Positions 7,275-14,536 of a DNA stretch of 32,537 nucleotides are shown here, one piece after another. A model generated the notes under the pieces. That model ran no database searches. It saw only the letters and a list, made by a program, of their open reading frames with translations, and was not told the origin of the DNA. The DNA comes from a virus. How positions within the stretch are numbered: position 1 is the first letter of the stretch; every line of letters begins with the position of its first letter. The stretch lies in IMG/VR virus record IMGVR_UViG_3300045988_127048. One strand, 5' to 3'. The position numbers and the translations under genes are program-made.

Positions 7275-7981
7275 ACAATCTTGAATTTTACAACAACTGG
7301 GCGGCGTGCCCGAAGGAGGCGCAGCGCCCGATAGCGGCCGGCAAGCTCAAGGGCAAGACGGACATCAACCCGATGTGGCGCATCAAGATGCTCACGGCGC
7401 AGTTCGGCCCGTGCGGATACGGGTGGACGACCCGCATCACCGAGCACTGGGTGGAGCGCGACAACGGGGAGAGCGTGGCGTGGGTACGCCTGGAGCTCCG
7501 CGTGCGCATCAACGGCGAATGGACCGAACCCATCGAGGGCGTCGGCGGGAGCAAGCAGTGCGGCAAGGGGCAGGGTGACGGCATCAACGACGAGGCCTTC
7601 AAGATGGCGGAGACGGACGCGCTGAGCGTGGCCTGCAAGAAGCTGGGCATGGCGGCGGACATCTACTGGAGCAGCGACCGCACGAAGTACAACCCGGGCG
7701 GCGGCGCCGCCGCGGCCGAGAGTCCGAAGGCCGGGCAGGAGAAGCCGGTGAAGCGGATGCCGGATCGGAAGACGAAGCCGTCGGTGACGGCGGAGATGCT
7801 GGAGGCCGGGCAGCTCCAGAGCCTCGTGGACTGGCTGGCTCCGCACTTCAATCCGGCCACGGGGGAGTTCAATCAGGAAAAATATAACCAGCTGTGGAAC
7901 GGCTACCAGTGGGACAGCCCTGACACGTTCAGCAGGGTGGCCGCCGCCGCGGCCGGGCAGGCAGCGAGAAAAGGACAATGA
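7271..7981 (+). CDS. Rad52/Sak-like single-strand annealing protein (recombinase)
   Basis: 236 aa. GVGGSKQCGKG...DEAFKMAETDALSVACKKLGMAADIY resembles the Rad52-family core (G-x-G ... A-x-T-D-A-x-K-R/K-x-x-x-x-x-G-x-x-x-x-L/I-Y). Confidence 0.6.
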   Translation: MNNLEFYNNWAACPKEAQRPIAAGKLKGKTDINPMWRIKMLTAQFGPCGYGWTTRITEHWVERDNGESVAWVRLELRVRINGEWTEPIEGVGGSKQCGKGQGDGINDEAFKMAETDALSVACKKLGMAADIYWSSDRTKYNPGGGAAAAESPKAGQEKPVKRMPDRKTKPSVTAEMLEAGQLQSLVDWLAPHFNPATGEFNQEKYNQLWNGYQWDSPDTFSRVAAAAAGQAARKGQ

Positions 7982-8613
7982 CAATGGAGAATTTTTACAC
8001 ACTTTCCGGGCGCTTCGCGGAGATGAGCGAGCGCGCCGACGCTCTGGCCGACGAGCTGGAGCAGATGTATGACGAGAACGGGGGCGAGGTGACCGCCGAC
8101 ACCGAGGAACGGGAGCGGGCGCTCGCGGAGCTCCAGGCACTGAAGGAGGACTGCCTCCGGGAGATGGTGGACAACTCGGACGCCTACGCGGAGATCGCGC
8201 TGAACAAGGCGGCGCAGAAGAAGGTGGCGGAGGCGGAGGTCAAGGCCGTCAAGGAGGAGCAGAAGCGGGTGCTCGACCGCTGCATGGCGCGCGTCAACCG
8301 CCTGGGGCGCTCCGTGGACTTCTGGAAGCAGAACTTCGACGAGGCGATGAGGCTCGCGGAGGTGACGCGTCTGGGCGGCGCGAAGAGCGGCAAGCTCCAC
8401 AGCGTCTACTACACCACCACCAAGAGAGTGGCGACGGACGAGGTGATGCTGCTGGGGCCGTACCTCGAGCGCCTCCAGGCGTTCCGTGCGAGCCTGCCGT
8501 CATGGCTGGACGTGGAGTTCAAGGTCAACGCGGCGATGCTCAAGGCCCTGCCGGAGGATGAGCGCCCGGAGGGGTGCCAGATGGTCGAATCCCAAAATAT
8601 CCAGATACGATGA
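7978..8613 (+). CDS. Siphovirus Gp157-like coiled-coil protein (recombination-module accessory)
   Basis: 211 aa. It has an N-terminal NFYTLSGRFAEM... and a long coiled coil. It sits next to the annealase, as Gp157-like genes usually do. Confidence 0.5.
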   Translation: MTMENFYTLSGRFAEMSERADALADELEQMYDENGGEVTADTEERERALAELQALKEDCLREMVDNSDAYAEIALNKAAQKKVAEAEVKAVKEEQKRVLDRCMARVNRLGRSVDFWKQNFDEAMRLAEVTRLGGAKSGKLHSVYYTTTKRVATDEVMLLGPYLERLQAFRASLPSWLDVEFKVNAAMLKALPEDERPEGCQMVESQNIQIR

Positions 8614-9401
8614 AGGGCGACAGATTTATAGTCATCCTTGGGTGGATGATGGATGATTTGAAATTATCCGGGCATGATCTACTCATTTATGCCCTTATCT
8701 ATGGATTTAGTCAGGATGGGAAGAATGAATTTACGGGCAGCCTTGCGAGGCTTGCGGAGTGGATACACACGTCTGACAGTCGTTGCTCTGAAAGGCTTGC
8801 GAAATTAATAGAGCGAGGCTTGCTTAACAAACGGACATTTGTGATGAACGGTGTGACGAGATGTGGCTATATGGCCGTTGTCCCGCATGACCTACCCCGA
8901 AACGGGGGTGGTCCCGAAACGGGGGTGACCCTACCCCGAAACGGGGGTGATACCCTACCCCGAAACGGGGTACATCCTTATATAAAAGATAATAATAAAG
9001 ATATATATAAAAGCAATCAATCTATCGCGGGTGCGCGCACGCGTGAGGAGCTGGTGGCTGACGCCAAGCGGGAGTTCCGCGAGAGGGCCGAGGCCGAGGG
9101 CGGCGCCACCTACACGAAGGAGATGATGGACGCCTTCTGCGACTACTGGACGGAGCCGTACACGAACCCGGTCGGGCGCAAGCTGCTGCGGTGGCAGGGG
9201 GAGAAGACCTGGGACATGGCCGCGCGGCTGCGCACCTGGGCAAGCAGGGACAGGCAGTTCGCGGCGAAGGCGCGCCCGGCGTTCGAGCGCCCGAAGCTGC
9301 GCCCGGCGATAGACCTGACGTTCGACTACGCGGAGAACCAGCGGAAGATCTGCGAGCTCGGGGGCATGCAGGACGGGGAGGACTGCGGCTATGATCACTG
9401 A
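8610..9401 (+). CDS. Replication initiator / replisome organiser (winged-helix N-domain, iteron-encoded linker, C-terminal domain)
   Basis: 263 aa. The N-terminal LSGHDLLIYALIYGFSQDGKNEFTGSLARLAEWIHTSDSRCSERLAKLIERGLL is typical of phage replication organisers. The central LPRNGG repeats coincide with the DNA iterons. Confidence 0.6.
   Translation: MKGDRFIVILGWMMDDLKLSGHDLLIYALIYGFSQDGKNEFTGSLARLAEWIHTSDSRCSERLAKLIERGLLNKRTFVMNGVTRCGYMAVVPHDLPRNGGGPETGVTLPRNGGDTLPRNGVHPYIKDNNKDIYKSNQSIAGARTREELVADAKREFRERAEAEGGATYTKEMMDAFCDYWTEPYTNPVGRKLLRWQGEKTWDMAARLRTWASRDRQFAAKARPAFERPKLRPAIDLTFDYAENQRKICELGGMQDGEDCGYDH
8891..8972. repeat. Four iterons, each a small palindrome CCCCGAAACGGGG (putative origin-binding sites) inside the replication gene
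   Basis: Copies are centred near 8901, 8918, 8940 and 8964 (ctaccccgaaacggggg; the second copy is gtcccgaaacggggg). Confidence 0.7.
8973..9030. promoter_or_regulatory. AT-rich tract immediately after the iterons (putative DNA-unwinding element of the origin)
   Basis: catccttatataaaagataataataaagatatatataaaagcaatcaatctatc, embedded in an otherwise GC-rich gene. Confidence 0.55.
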
Positions 9402-10143
9402 GACTGAGATACGGCAGGCGCGCACGGGTTCGCGGATGTTGTCGGTGCTTTCGCCCGGCGAGGTCAGGACTGCGGTGCACATGGCCGTGCGCTCCCTCCT
9501 CGTGATGTCGGGCTTCACGGTCGCGGACGACCTGGACTCCAACGCGGAGAGGATCGCGGAGGCCATAACCCCGAAGCTGCGGACGCGGTTCCCGGGCATG
9601 TGCGCGGCCGAGGTGACCCTGGCCATAGAGTCCGGGGCCGCGGGCGAGTGGGGGCGGGACACGCGCCCGACGCCGGCGAACTGCCTGCGGTGGCTGGACG
9701 CCTACTGCCAGAGCGAGCCACGCAAGAACGTGATGCTCGGCCTGTCGCGGTCGAGGGGGCCGAGGCCCGAGGAGCTGATGACGCCGGAGATGCGGGCGGA
9801 GGCGAACGAGAGGGCGGAGCGGGAGTCGGCCCTCCAGGCGTGGGAGGACTACAAGCGCGAGGGGCGCCTGGACATAGTCACCAACGGGTTCGCGGCAATG
9901 GTGTGCGACCGCCTGATGCGGGCGGGGGTGCTGAGGCCCACGGCTGAGGCGGTGGAGCAGGCGTACAGGGCGAGCCGCCTCCGCAAGGCGCAGGCCGCGC
10001 GGTTCGGGTCGGTGGCGGAGATGTTCCGCATCGTCGGCAAGGCGCAGGACACGGACGGGATGATGGACTGGGACTGCAAGCGGGAGCTGCTGTCGATGTT
10101 CTTCGGCCACCTCCGCGCAAAAGGGGCGGATTTACGGCTATGA
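9391..10143 (+). CDS. Hypothetical replication-module protein (occupies the position of a helicase loader; function not recognisable)
   Basis: 250-aa ORF overlapping the initiator gene by 11 nt. High GC3; no motif recognised. Confidence 0.5.
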   Translation: MITETEIRQARTGSRMLSVLSPGEVRTAVHMAVRSLLVMSGFTVADDLDSNAERIAEAITPKLRTRFPGMCAAEVTLAIESGAAGEWGRDTRPTPANCLRWLDAYCQSEPRKNVMLGLSRSRGPRPEELMTPEMRAEANERAERESALQAWEDYKREGRLDIVTNGFAAMVCDRLMRAGVLRPTAEAVEQAYRASRLRKAQAARFGSVAEMFRIVGKAQDTDGMMDWDCKRELLSMFFGHLRAKGADLRL

Positions 10144-10319
10144 ACGGAGTGATGCTATCCGATGCCCGTCTTGAGTCCATAAGGCGGAGTCTGGCCATAA
10201 TACGGGCCGAATCCGGGGGAAATCTGAAGTTGCAGAACGCGGAGCGCCGCATATCGCTTGAACTGCGGCGCGCCGGGAACAGGAAAGTTTCAAGCGGAGT
10301 TTCAAAAGTTTCAGAATAA
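10140..10319 (+). CDS. Small hypothetical protein (59 aa, below the ORF-track cutoff)
   Basis: The ATG at 10140 overlaps the previous stop (ATGA). It reads MNGVMLSDARLESIRRSLAIIRAESGG... and ends at TAA 10317-10319. It fills an otherwise empty 190-nt gap. Confidence 0.4.
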   Translation: MNGVMLSDARLESIRRSLAIIRAESGGNLKLQNAERRISLELRRAGNRKVSSGVSKVSE

Positions 10320-10332
10320 AAGGAAAAGAATT

Positions 10333-10857
10333 ATGGCAAGTTTCAATTCAGTAGTGCTGGTCGGAAACGTGGGCGGAGACCCGAACGTCCGGCAGATAGG
10401 CGAGAACAAGGTGGCGGAGTTCAGCCTCGCGACGAGTCAGAAGACCCGGGACGGGGAGCTCACGGACTGGCACCGCGTCGTGGCGTGGAGCCCGAGGGCG
10501 GAGATCATCGAGCAGTATGTGACGAAGGGGAGCAGGCTCCTGGTGCGCGGAAGCATCCGTTATCGGGAGTACACATCCCAAAGCGGGGAGAAGAGGTACG
10601 TCACGGAGATAGTGGCGCAGGAGGTCGTGCTGATGAGCTCGCGTCAGGAGGACGGGCAGAGGGTGCCGTCGGGCCAGCCGCGGAGCGCGCAGGTGTTCCC
10701 GGACAGGACGCAGGCCCCGGCTCCGGCCCCTGCCCCTGCCCCTGCCCCTGCCCCTGCCCCGGCGCCGAAAGCACCGGCCCGTCCGGCGGCGCAGAAGCCT
10801 CTGTTCGACGAGGAGGGCAACCTCAACCCGGAGCCGAAGGACGACCTCCCATTCTGA
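10333..10857 (+). CDS. ssb: Single-stranded DNA-binding protein
   Basis: 174 aa. The OB-fold N-terminus is MASFNSVVLVGNVGGDPNVR...EFSLATS...TDWHRVVAW. It has an (AP)n linker and the acidic tip DDLPF. Confidence 0.9.
   Translation: MASFNSVVLVGNVGGDPNVRQIGENKVAEFSLATSQKTRDGELTDWHRVVAWSPRAEIIEQYVTKGSRLLVRGSIRYREYTSQSGEKRYVTEIVAQEVVLMSSRQEDGQRVPSGQPRSAQVFPDRTQAPAPAPAPAPAPAPAPAPKAPARPAAQKPLFDEEGNLNPEPKDDLPF
10726..10755 (+). repeat. Hexanucleotide gcccct x5 (Ala-Pro linker of SSB)
   Basis: Five perfect tandem copies, flanked by degenerate copies. Confidence 0.85.
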
Positions 10858-10863
10858 CGCGTC

Positions 10864-11304
10864 ATGAAGGTGATAGGCATAGACACGGGCGTCCACACCG
10901 CGGTCGCGGTGTGGGACACCGGGGCGCAGGCCCTCGAGACGCTCGGCACGTTCCACCTCTGGGCGGCCCTCTCCTATGTGAGCCGCCTGAACGGGGGGAC
11001 GGAGGACATCCTCGTGCGCTTTGAGGACGCGCGGCAGCGGACATGGGTGCCGTGGTATCAGGAGGAGCGCCGCAACCGTGGACGGGCGCAGGGCGCCGGG
11101 TATGTGAAGGCCCACTGCGCCATCTGGGCGGAGTTCCTCAAGGACAAGGGCATCCGCCACGAGGCGATAGCGCCGAGGCGCAACGTCACGAAGCTGGACG
11201 CGGACGCCTTCCGCCGGATCACCGGCTGGGAGGGGCGGACGAACGAGCACGAGAGGGACGCGGCGATGCTGGTGTACGGCTTTGACGAGAGGAGGGCGAG
11301 GTGA
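10864..11304 (+). CDS. ruvC: RuvC-like Holliday junction resolvase
   Basis: 146 aa. MKVIGIDTG (first catalytic Asp) and ...TNEHERDAAMLV (C-terminal acidic pair) are typical of RuvC-fold phage resolvases. Confidence 0.7.
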   Translation: MKVIGIDTGVHTAVAVWDTGAQALETLGTFHLWAALSYVSRLNGGTEDILVRFEDARQRTWVPWYQEERRNRGRAQGAGYVKAHCAIWAEFLKDKGIRHEAIAPRRNVTKLDADAFRRITGWEGRTNEHERDAAMLVYGFDERRAR

Positions 11305-12047
11305 TGGAACTCAAAGGCTCGGCACACTGCTTCTTCGAGCAGTCGGGGACTTTCAAGAACGAGTTTGTCAAGCTCGGAATCCCCGCGTTCGATTACGACA
11401 TACAGGACAACTTCGGGCAGACCGACCACGTGGTTGACCTGTTCAATGAGATAGAAACCGCATACAGGGGGGGGCAAAGTGTGTTTGACAGCATAACGAA
11501 AGACGATTTGATTATGGCGTTTTTCCCCTGCATATATTTCTGCTCCATGTCACAAGTCTCGATGTTTTGGGATAATGTCAATTATAGGGGGCTGCCCTAT
11601 GAGGAACGGACGCGCCGGACGCTCGAAAGGGCTGAAAACCGCCTGCGGTTCTTCTCCCTGGCGATAAAGATGCTCACGGTGGCGAAGACAAGGGGGCTGC
11701 GGTTGATAATGGAGAACCCGTGGACGAGTTCTTACCTGTCCAACAATTTCATCCTGCCGCCGAGCGTCGTGGACAACGACAGGTCTTTGCGCGGGGACTT
11801 CTTCGTAAAGCCGACCGCCTACTGGTTCATCAACTGCGCGCCGACTCATGGTCTGACCATCCAGAAGGACAAGAAGGTGAAGCGTGTATCTGACTGCAAG
11901 AGCGCCCCGCACGCGGGCTTGTGCTCCGAAGACCGCTCGATGATTTCCCCGGACTACGCCCGGAATTTCATCCACGACTTCATCCTCGGCAAGGCGCAAC
12001 GCGGCGCGCAGCTCGATTTGTTTGACACGACAATGGCGGAGCCTTGA
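11304..12047 (+). CDS. Divergent C5-cytosine-methyltransferase-fold protein (motifs recognisable but non-canonical)
   Basis: 247 aa. FFEQSGTF sits where motif I FxGxGG would be, AFFPCIYFC resembles motif IV (PC), and LIMENPW resembles motif VI (ENV). The ATG at 11304 overlaps the ruvC stop (TGATG). Confidence 0.45.
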   Translation: MELKGSAHCFFEQSGTFKNEFVKLGIPAFDYDIQDNFGQTDHVVDLFNEIETAYRGGQSVFDSITKDDLIMAFFPCIYFCSMSQVSMFWDNVNYRGLPYEERTRRTLERAENRLRFFSLAIKMLTVAKTRGLRLIMENPWTSSYLSNNFILPPSVVDNDRSLRGDFFVKPTAYWFINCAPTHGLTIQKDKKVKRVSDCKSAPHAGLCSEDRSMISPDYARNFIHDFILGKAQRGAQLDLFDTTMAEP

Positions 12048-12055
12048 TAACAGGA

Positions 12056-12124
12056 GGGCGGGAATGGCCGCGCGGTTCGCGGCGCAAACGCAGGACAGGG
12101 GTTCGACTCCCCTCCCGCCCGCCA
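12056..12124 (+). ncRNA. tRNA-like RNA element 1: perfect acceptor stem, T arm and encoded CCA, but no anticodon arm
   Basis: GGGCGGG (12056-62) pairs with CCCGCCC (12114-20). The T arm is AGGGG-TTCGACT-CCCCT (12097-12113), followed by discriminator G and CCA. Only one 6-bp hairpin, GCCGCG-CGGTT-CGCGGC (12067-83), lies between them. About 66 nt without CCA. Confidence 0.5.
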
Positions 12125-12125
12125 A

Positions 12126-12167
12126 CTCCCGGCTGTGAAGTCCGGAGGAATGGTTTATTTGTTTGTT
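12126..12167 (+). terminator. Hairpin plus T-rich tail directly after tRNA-like element 1
   Basis: ctcccgg...ccggag stem (one bulged C) at 12126-12147, then tggtttatttgtttgtt. Confidence 0.45.
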
Positions 12168-12175
12168 ATACGCAA

Positions 12176-12265
12176 GCGGCCCGTCCGGGTTGACGGGGGC
12201 ACGGCGCTATCTGTAGCAAGCAGGTGCCGGACAACCTCCCCGGGGTTCGACTCCCCGGGAGCCGC
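12176..12265 (+). ncRNA. tRNA-like RNA element 2: the same T arm, degenerate acceptor, two extra hairpins, in the leader of the first cargo gene
   Basis: The 15-mer GGGGTTCGACTCCCC (12242-56) is identical to 12098-12112. One hairpin at 12180-97 has loop CGGGTT, and a second lies at 12202-29. Possible acceptor pairings are only 5-6 of 7. It ends 22 nt before the ATG at 12288. Confidence 0.35.
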
Positions 12266-12287
12266 CGAGACTTAATTTATAAATAAT

Positions 12288-12872
12288 ATGAAAATAGAAA
12301 TTGAAATCCCGAAAGGCTGCAAGGCAGAATGGGTGGACGGCGTGCTGGCGCTGGCTAAAAACAAAAAAGAAGACCTCCGCCCAGTGACGGAGAGAGTGAA
12401 AACCTTTGAGGACGCTGTCGCGGAACTCGGAGAGGCGCACCCTTTATGCATACACTTTCGAGAGATGTACGATAATTTCCTTTTTGAGGGCGGTGATGCG
12501 GTATCTGATATTGTCGCATACCTCAAACTTCGTATCATCATAGCGGCATTGAACGAGGGTTGGATGCCGCAGTTCATAGGCAACGAAAACAGGTATTATC
12601 CTTGGTTCGAACTATACAATGAAGAGGATTGGAACGACCTACCCCTATCCGAAGACACCAAACGAGAGCGTGGCGTTCTGCTTGACGGTAGCGTGTATAA
12701 CGGTGCGTATGGTTGCTTCGTCGGTGTGGGCGCGTACTGCATCCACTCGTATACGGGCTCTCGCCTTTGCTTTAAGACCAGGGAACTCGCCTTGTATGCT
12801 GGAAAACAGTTCGCCTCTCTCTGGTTGGACTTCCGTTATCGCCCCGACACCGAATGCAAACCAATAGAATAG
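12288..12872 (+). CDS. Hypothetical cargo protein (low-GC moron)
   Basis: 194-aa ORF, clearly lower in GC than its flanks. No motif recognised. Begins MKIEIEIPKGCKAEWVDGVLAL...KTFEDAVAELGEAHP. Confidence 0.6.
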   Translation: MKIEIEIPKGCKAEWVDGVLALAKNKKEDLRPVTERVKTFEDAVAELGEAHPLCIHFREMYDNFLFEGGDAVSDIVAYLKLRIIIAALNEGWMPQFIGNENRYYPWFELYNEEDWNDLPLSEDTKRERGVLLDGSVYNGAYGCFVGVGAYCIHSYTGSRLCFKTRELALYAGKQFASLWLDFRYRPDTECKPIE

Positions 12873-12986
12873 TCGCGCCGTGAGGCGCGGATGCCCGGAA
12901 CGCCGGATTTACGGCAGTGGTCTTCATAATGTGATTAGCGGACAGGAGGGTGGAAGCCCCTCGCCGGGTACGAACATTTTTAAGAA

Positions 12987-13517
12987 ATGAAAGAAATGGA
13001 AAAAGAAAACAAAACATTGAATCTCTGCGAGAAGCTCGCGGGGTGTCCGAAAGGGACGATGTTGTGGTCTCCGCTGTTCGGAGAGTGCGAGTTTGTAGCA
13101 CTTGGTGAAGACATGGAAACCACCTATCCTGATGAGTGTGTCGTCATCAGATGTGACGAAATGGGGCGTACCTATTTCGACAAGCACGGCCATTATTTCG
13201 ACTCCTCGGAGGAGTGCATGCTATTCCCATCTAAGGACAACCGCGACTGGGACAACTGGGAGTGCCCGAAGCCGAAAGTGGAGCGCTTTGACCCGAAAAC
13301 GTTCCAGCCGTTTGACATGGTGCTGGTGCGGGATGAGGATGACGACGACTGGGGCTGTGACTTCTTTGAACGTTTAAGAGAGGGAGGCGCGTACCGAAAT
13401 GTCACTCTTTCTACTGCGTGGCATTATTGTATCCCCTACAACGATGACACGAAGCATCTCGTAGGCTCAGCTCAAGAAGCTCCGGAGTATTACAGGTGGT
13501 GGGTGGACAAGGCATGA
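12987..13517 (+). CDS. Hypothetical acidic Cys/Trp-rich cargo protein (low-GC moron)
   Basis: 176-aa ORF, D/E-rich with a DEDDDD run, and many Cys and Trp residues. No motif recognised. Confidence 0.6.
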   Translation: MKEMEKENKTLNLCEKLAGCPKGTMLWSPLFGECEFVALGEDMETTYPDECVVIRCDEMGRTYFDKHGHYFDSSEECMLFPSKDNRDWDNWECPKPKVERFDPKTFQPFDMVLVRDEDDDDWGCDFFERLREGGAYRNVTLSTAWHYCIPYNDDTKHLVGSAQEAPEYYRWWVDKA

Positions 13518-13660
13518 TCTGCTTCGCGGTGATAATGGCGCTGCTGGCGGTGGCCACGGTGTCCGGCCTGCTGTTCATCAGCAACAGGGTCGAGATTGAC
13601 CCGGAGGACGACGACAGCCTCCGGAGTGACGGAAAACGGAAAAACGATAATCAACATTAA
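13514..13660 (+). CDS. Small single-pass membrane protein (48 aa, below the ORF-track cutoff)
   Basis: The ATG at 13514 overlaps the previous stop (ATGA). It reads MICFAVIMALLAVATVSGLLFIS, followed by an acidic/basic tail, and ends at TAA 13658-13660. Confidence 0.45.
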   Translation: MICFAVIMALLAVATVSGLLFISNRVEIDPEDDDSLRSDGKRKNDNQH

Positions 13661-13671
13661 AATTTCAGGAA

Positions 13672-14226
13672 ATGGGAAGAATGAAAATGGGGACGGTCAT
13701 CGGGAAGCTTGACCGCAAGTACAACAGCATCGCCGTCGGGGACACCGTCGGCATCGAGGTGGACGGGAGCATCGTCACCTATACCGTGGACTCGTTCGGG
13801 GGCATCGTGAAGGAGGACGGGACGCGCCTCGCCCCGAAGGAGTGGAAGGGGGAGGCGTTCGAGATCCTGGAACCCGTGGAGCGGGAGCGCATCTCCGACA
13901 TAGAGGACGAGATTCGCCGCGCCGTGGACGAGAGGAGCGGGGAGCGCATGCTGGCGATGAAGAACGCCCTGGAGGATTTCCGCCGGGAGGTCGCCGGGCT
14001 TCGGGATGCCCTGGGATGTCTTGATGCGGCGCAGAAGTCCCTCGCCGCAGATGTGGATGACGCCGTGTCGGCGGTGGCCGCCCTGCGCTCCGAGTCCGGG
14101 CTGCTGGAGGAAGGCGCCGTGGGGCGCGGCCTGGACACGTTCACGGACACGGAGCTCACGGCCGAGCTGAAGAGGCGCGGCTATGCGGGCACGGTGTCGA
14201 AGGTCATCCGTATAGACGCCTGCTGA
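13672..14226 (+). CDS. Hypothetical protein (small beta N-domain plus coiled coil)
   Basis: 184-aa ORF with high GC3, immediately upstream of the sigma-factor ORFs. Confidence 0.55.
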   Translation: MGRMKMGTVIGKLDRKYNSIAVGDTVGIEVDGSIVTYTVDSFGGIVKEDGTRLAPKEWKGEAFEILEPVERERISDIEDEIRRAVDERSGERMLAMKNALEDFRREVAGLRDALGCLDAAQKSLAADVDDAVSAVAALRSESGLLEEGAVGRGLDTFTDTELTAELKRRGYAGTVSKVIRIDAC

Positions 14227-14227
14227 C

Positions 14228-14536
14228 ATGATGAGCGCAGCGGACATAGCGGGGGAGCTGGCGGAGGCCCGCACGGTCGAGGCGGTGGTGTGCAGGATAG
14301 CCCACCGCCCGATGTGCGACGACCTCGCCGACCTGTCGCAGCTGGTGTACGAGGTCATCCTCACCTATGACGCCGCGCGCCTCAACGACTTGCGCGACTG
14401 CGGGCAGCTGGAGAACTTCATCGCCCGCATCGTGCTCAACCAGTACCGGAGCGCGAGTAGCCCGTTCCATTATGTGTATCGCCGTTTCCGGAGCCTGTGC
14501 TCCCGGATAGGCCTGAGCGACTGGCCGGATGCGTAG
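14228..14536 (+). CDS. Sigma-70/ECF-family region 2-only protein (N-terminal half of a split sigma factor)
   Basis: 102 aa. DDLADLSQLVYEVILTY...GQLENFIARIVLNQYRS matches the sigma region 2.1-2.4 pattern (DLxQ ... WLxxIxxN). The stop at 14534-36 lies after the next ORF's ATG. Confidence 0.6.
   Translation: MMSAADIAGELAEARTVEAVVCRIAHRPMCDDLADLSQLVYEVILTYDAARLNDLRDCGQLENFIARIVLNQYRSASSPFHYVYRRFRSLCSRIGLSDWPDA

Noticed and set aside
8891-8972. Short palindromic repeats considered as a mini CRISPR array
   Set aside because: There are only four copies, with 4-11 nt between them and no spacers of CRISPR length. They lie inside a coding region, followed by an AT-rich tract, and there are no cas genes. 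This fits origin iterons much better.
9022-10110. 362-aa ORF on the - strand opposite the replication genes. The same applies to similar ORFs at 7127-8140, 10348-11250, 17287-18138, 28021-29013 and 31265-32113.
   Set aside because: All are Arg/Pro/Ala-rich, lack motifs, and overlap well-supported + strand genes. Apart from int and the repressor, the - strand shows no convincing genes.
10287-10313. Three GTTTCA repeats upstream of ssb as a regulatory site
   Set aside because: The hexamers are short with irregular spacing (12 and 9 nt). They lie inside the small ORF 10140-10319, where they encode a VS-rich tail. Evidence is insufficient beyond chance in an AT-richer patch.
12056-12124. Calling this a standard tRNA gene (a GCA/Cys-like loop can be forced at 12082-12088)
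   Set aside because: The element is about 66 nt without CCA. The forced anticodon stem has a mismatch, position 33 would be C, the variable loop would be 3 nt, and no D arm would remain. It is reported as tRNA-like instead.
12874-12889. GC hairpin with a GTGA tetraloop right after the first cargo gene, considered as a terminator
   Set aside because: No T-run follows it, so I could not support calling it an intrinsic terminator. It may simply stabilise the mRNA 3' region.
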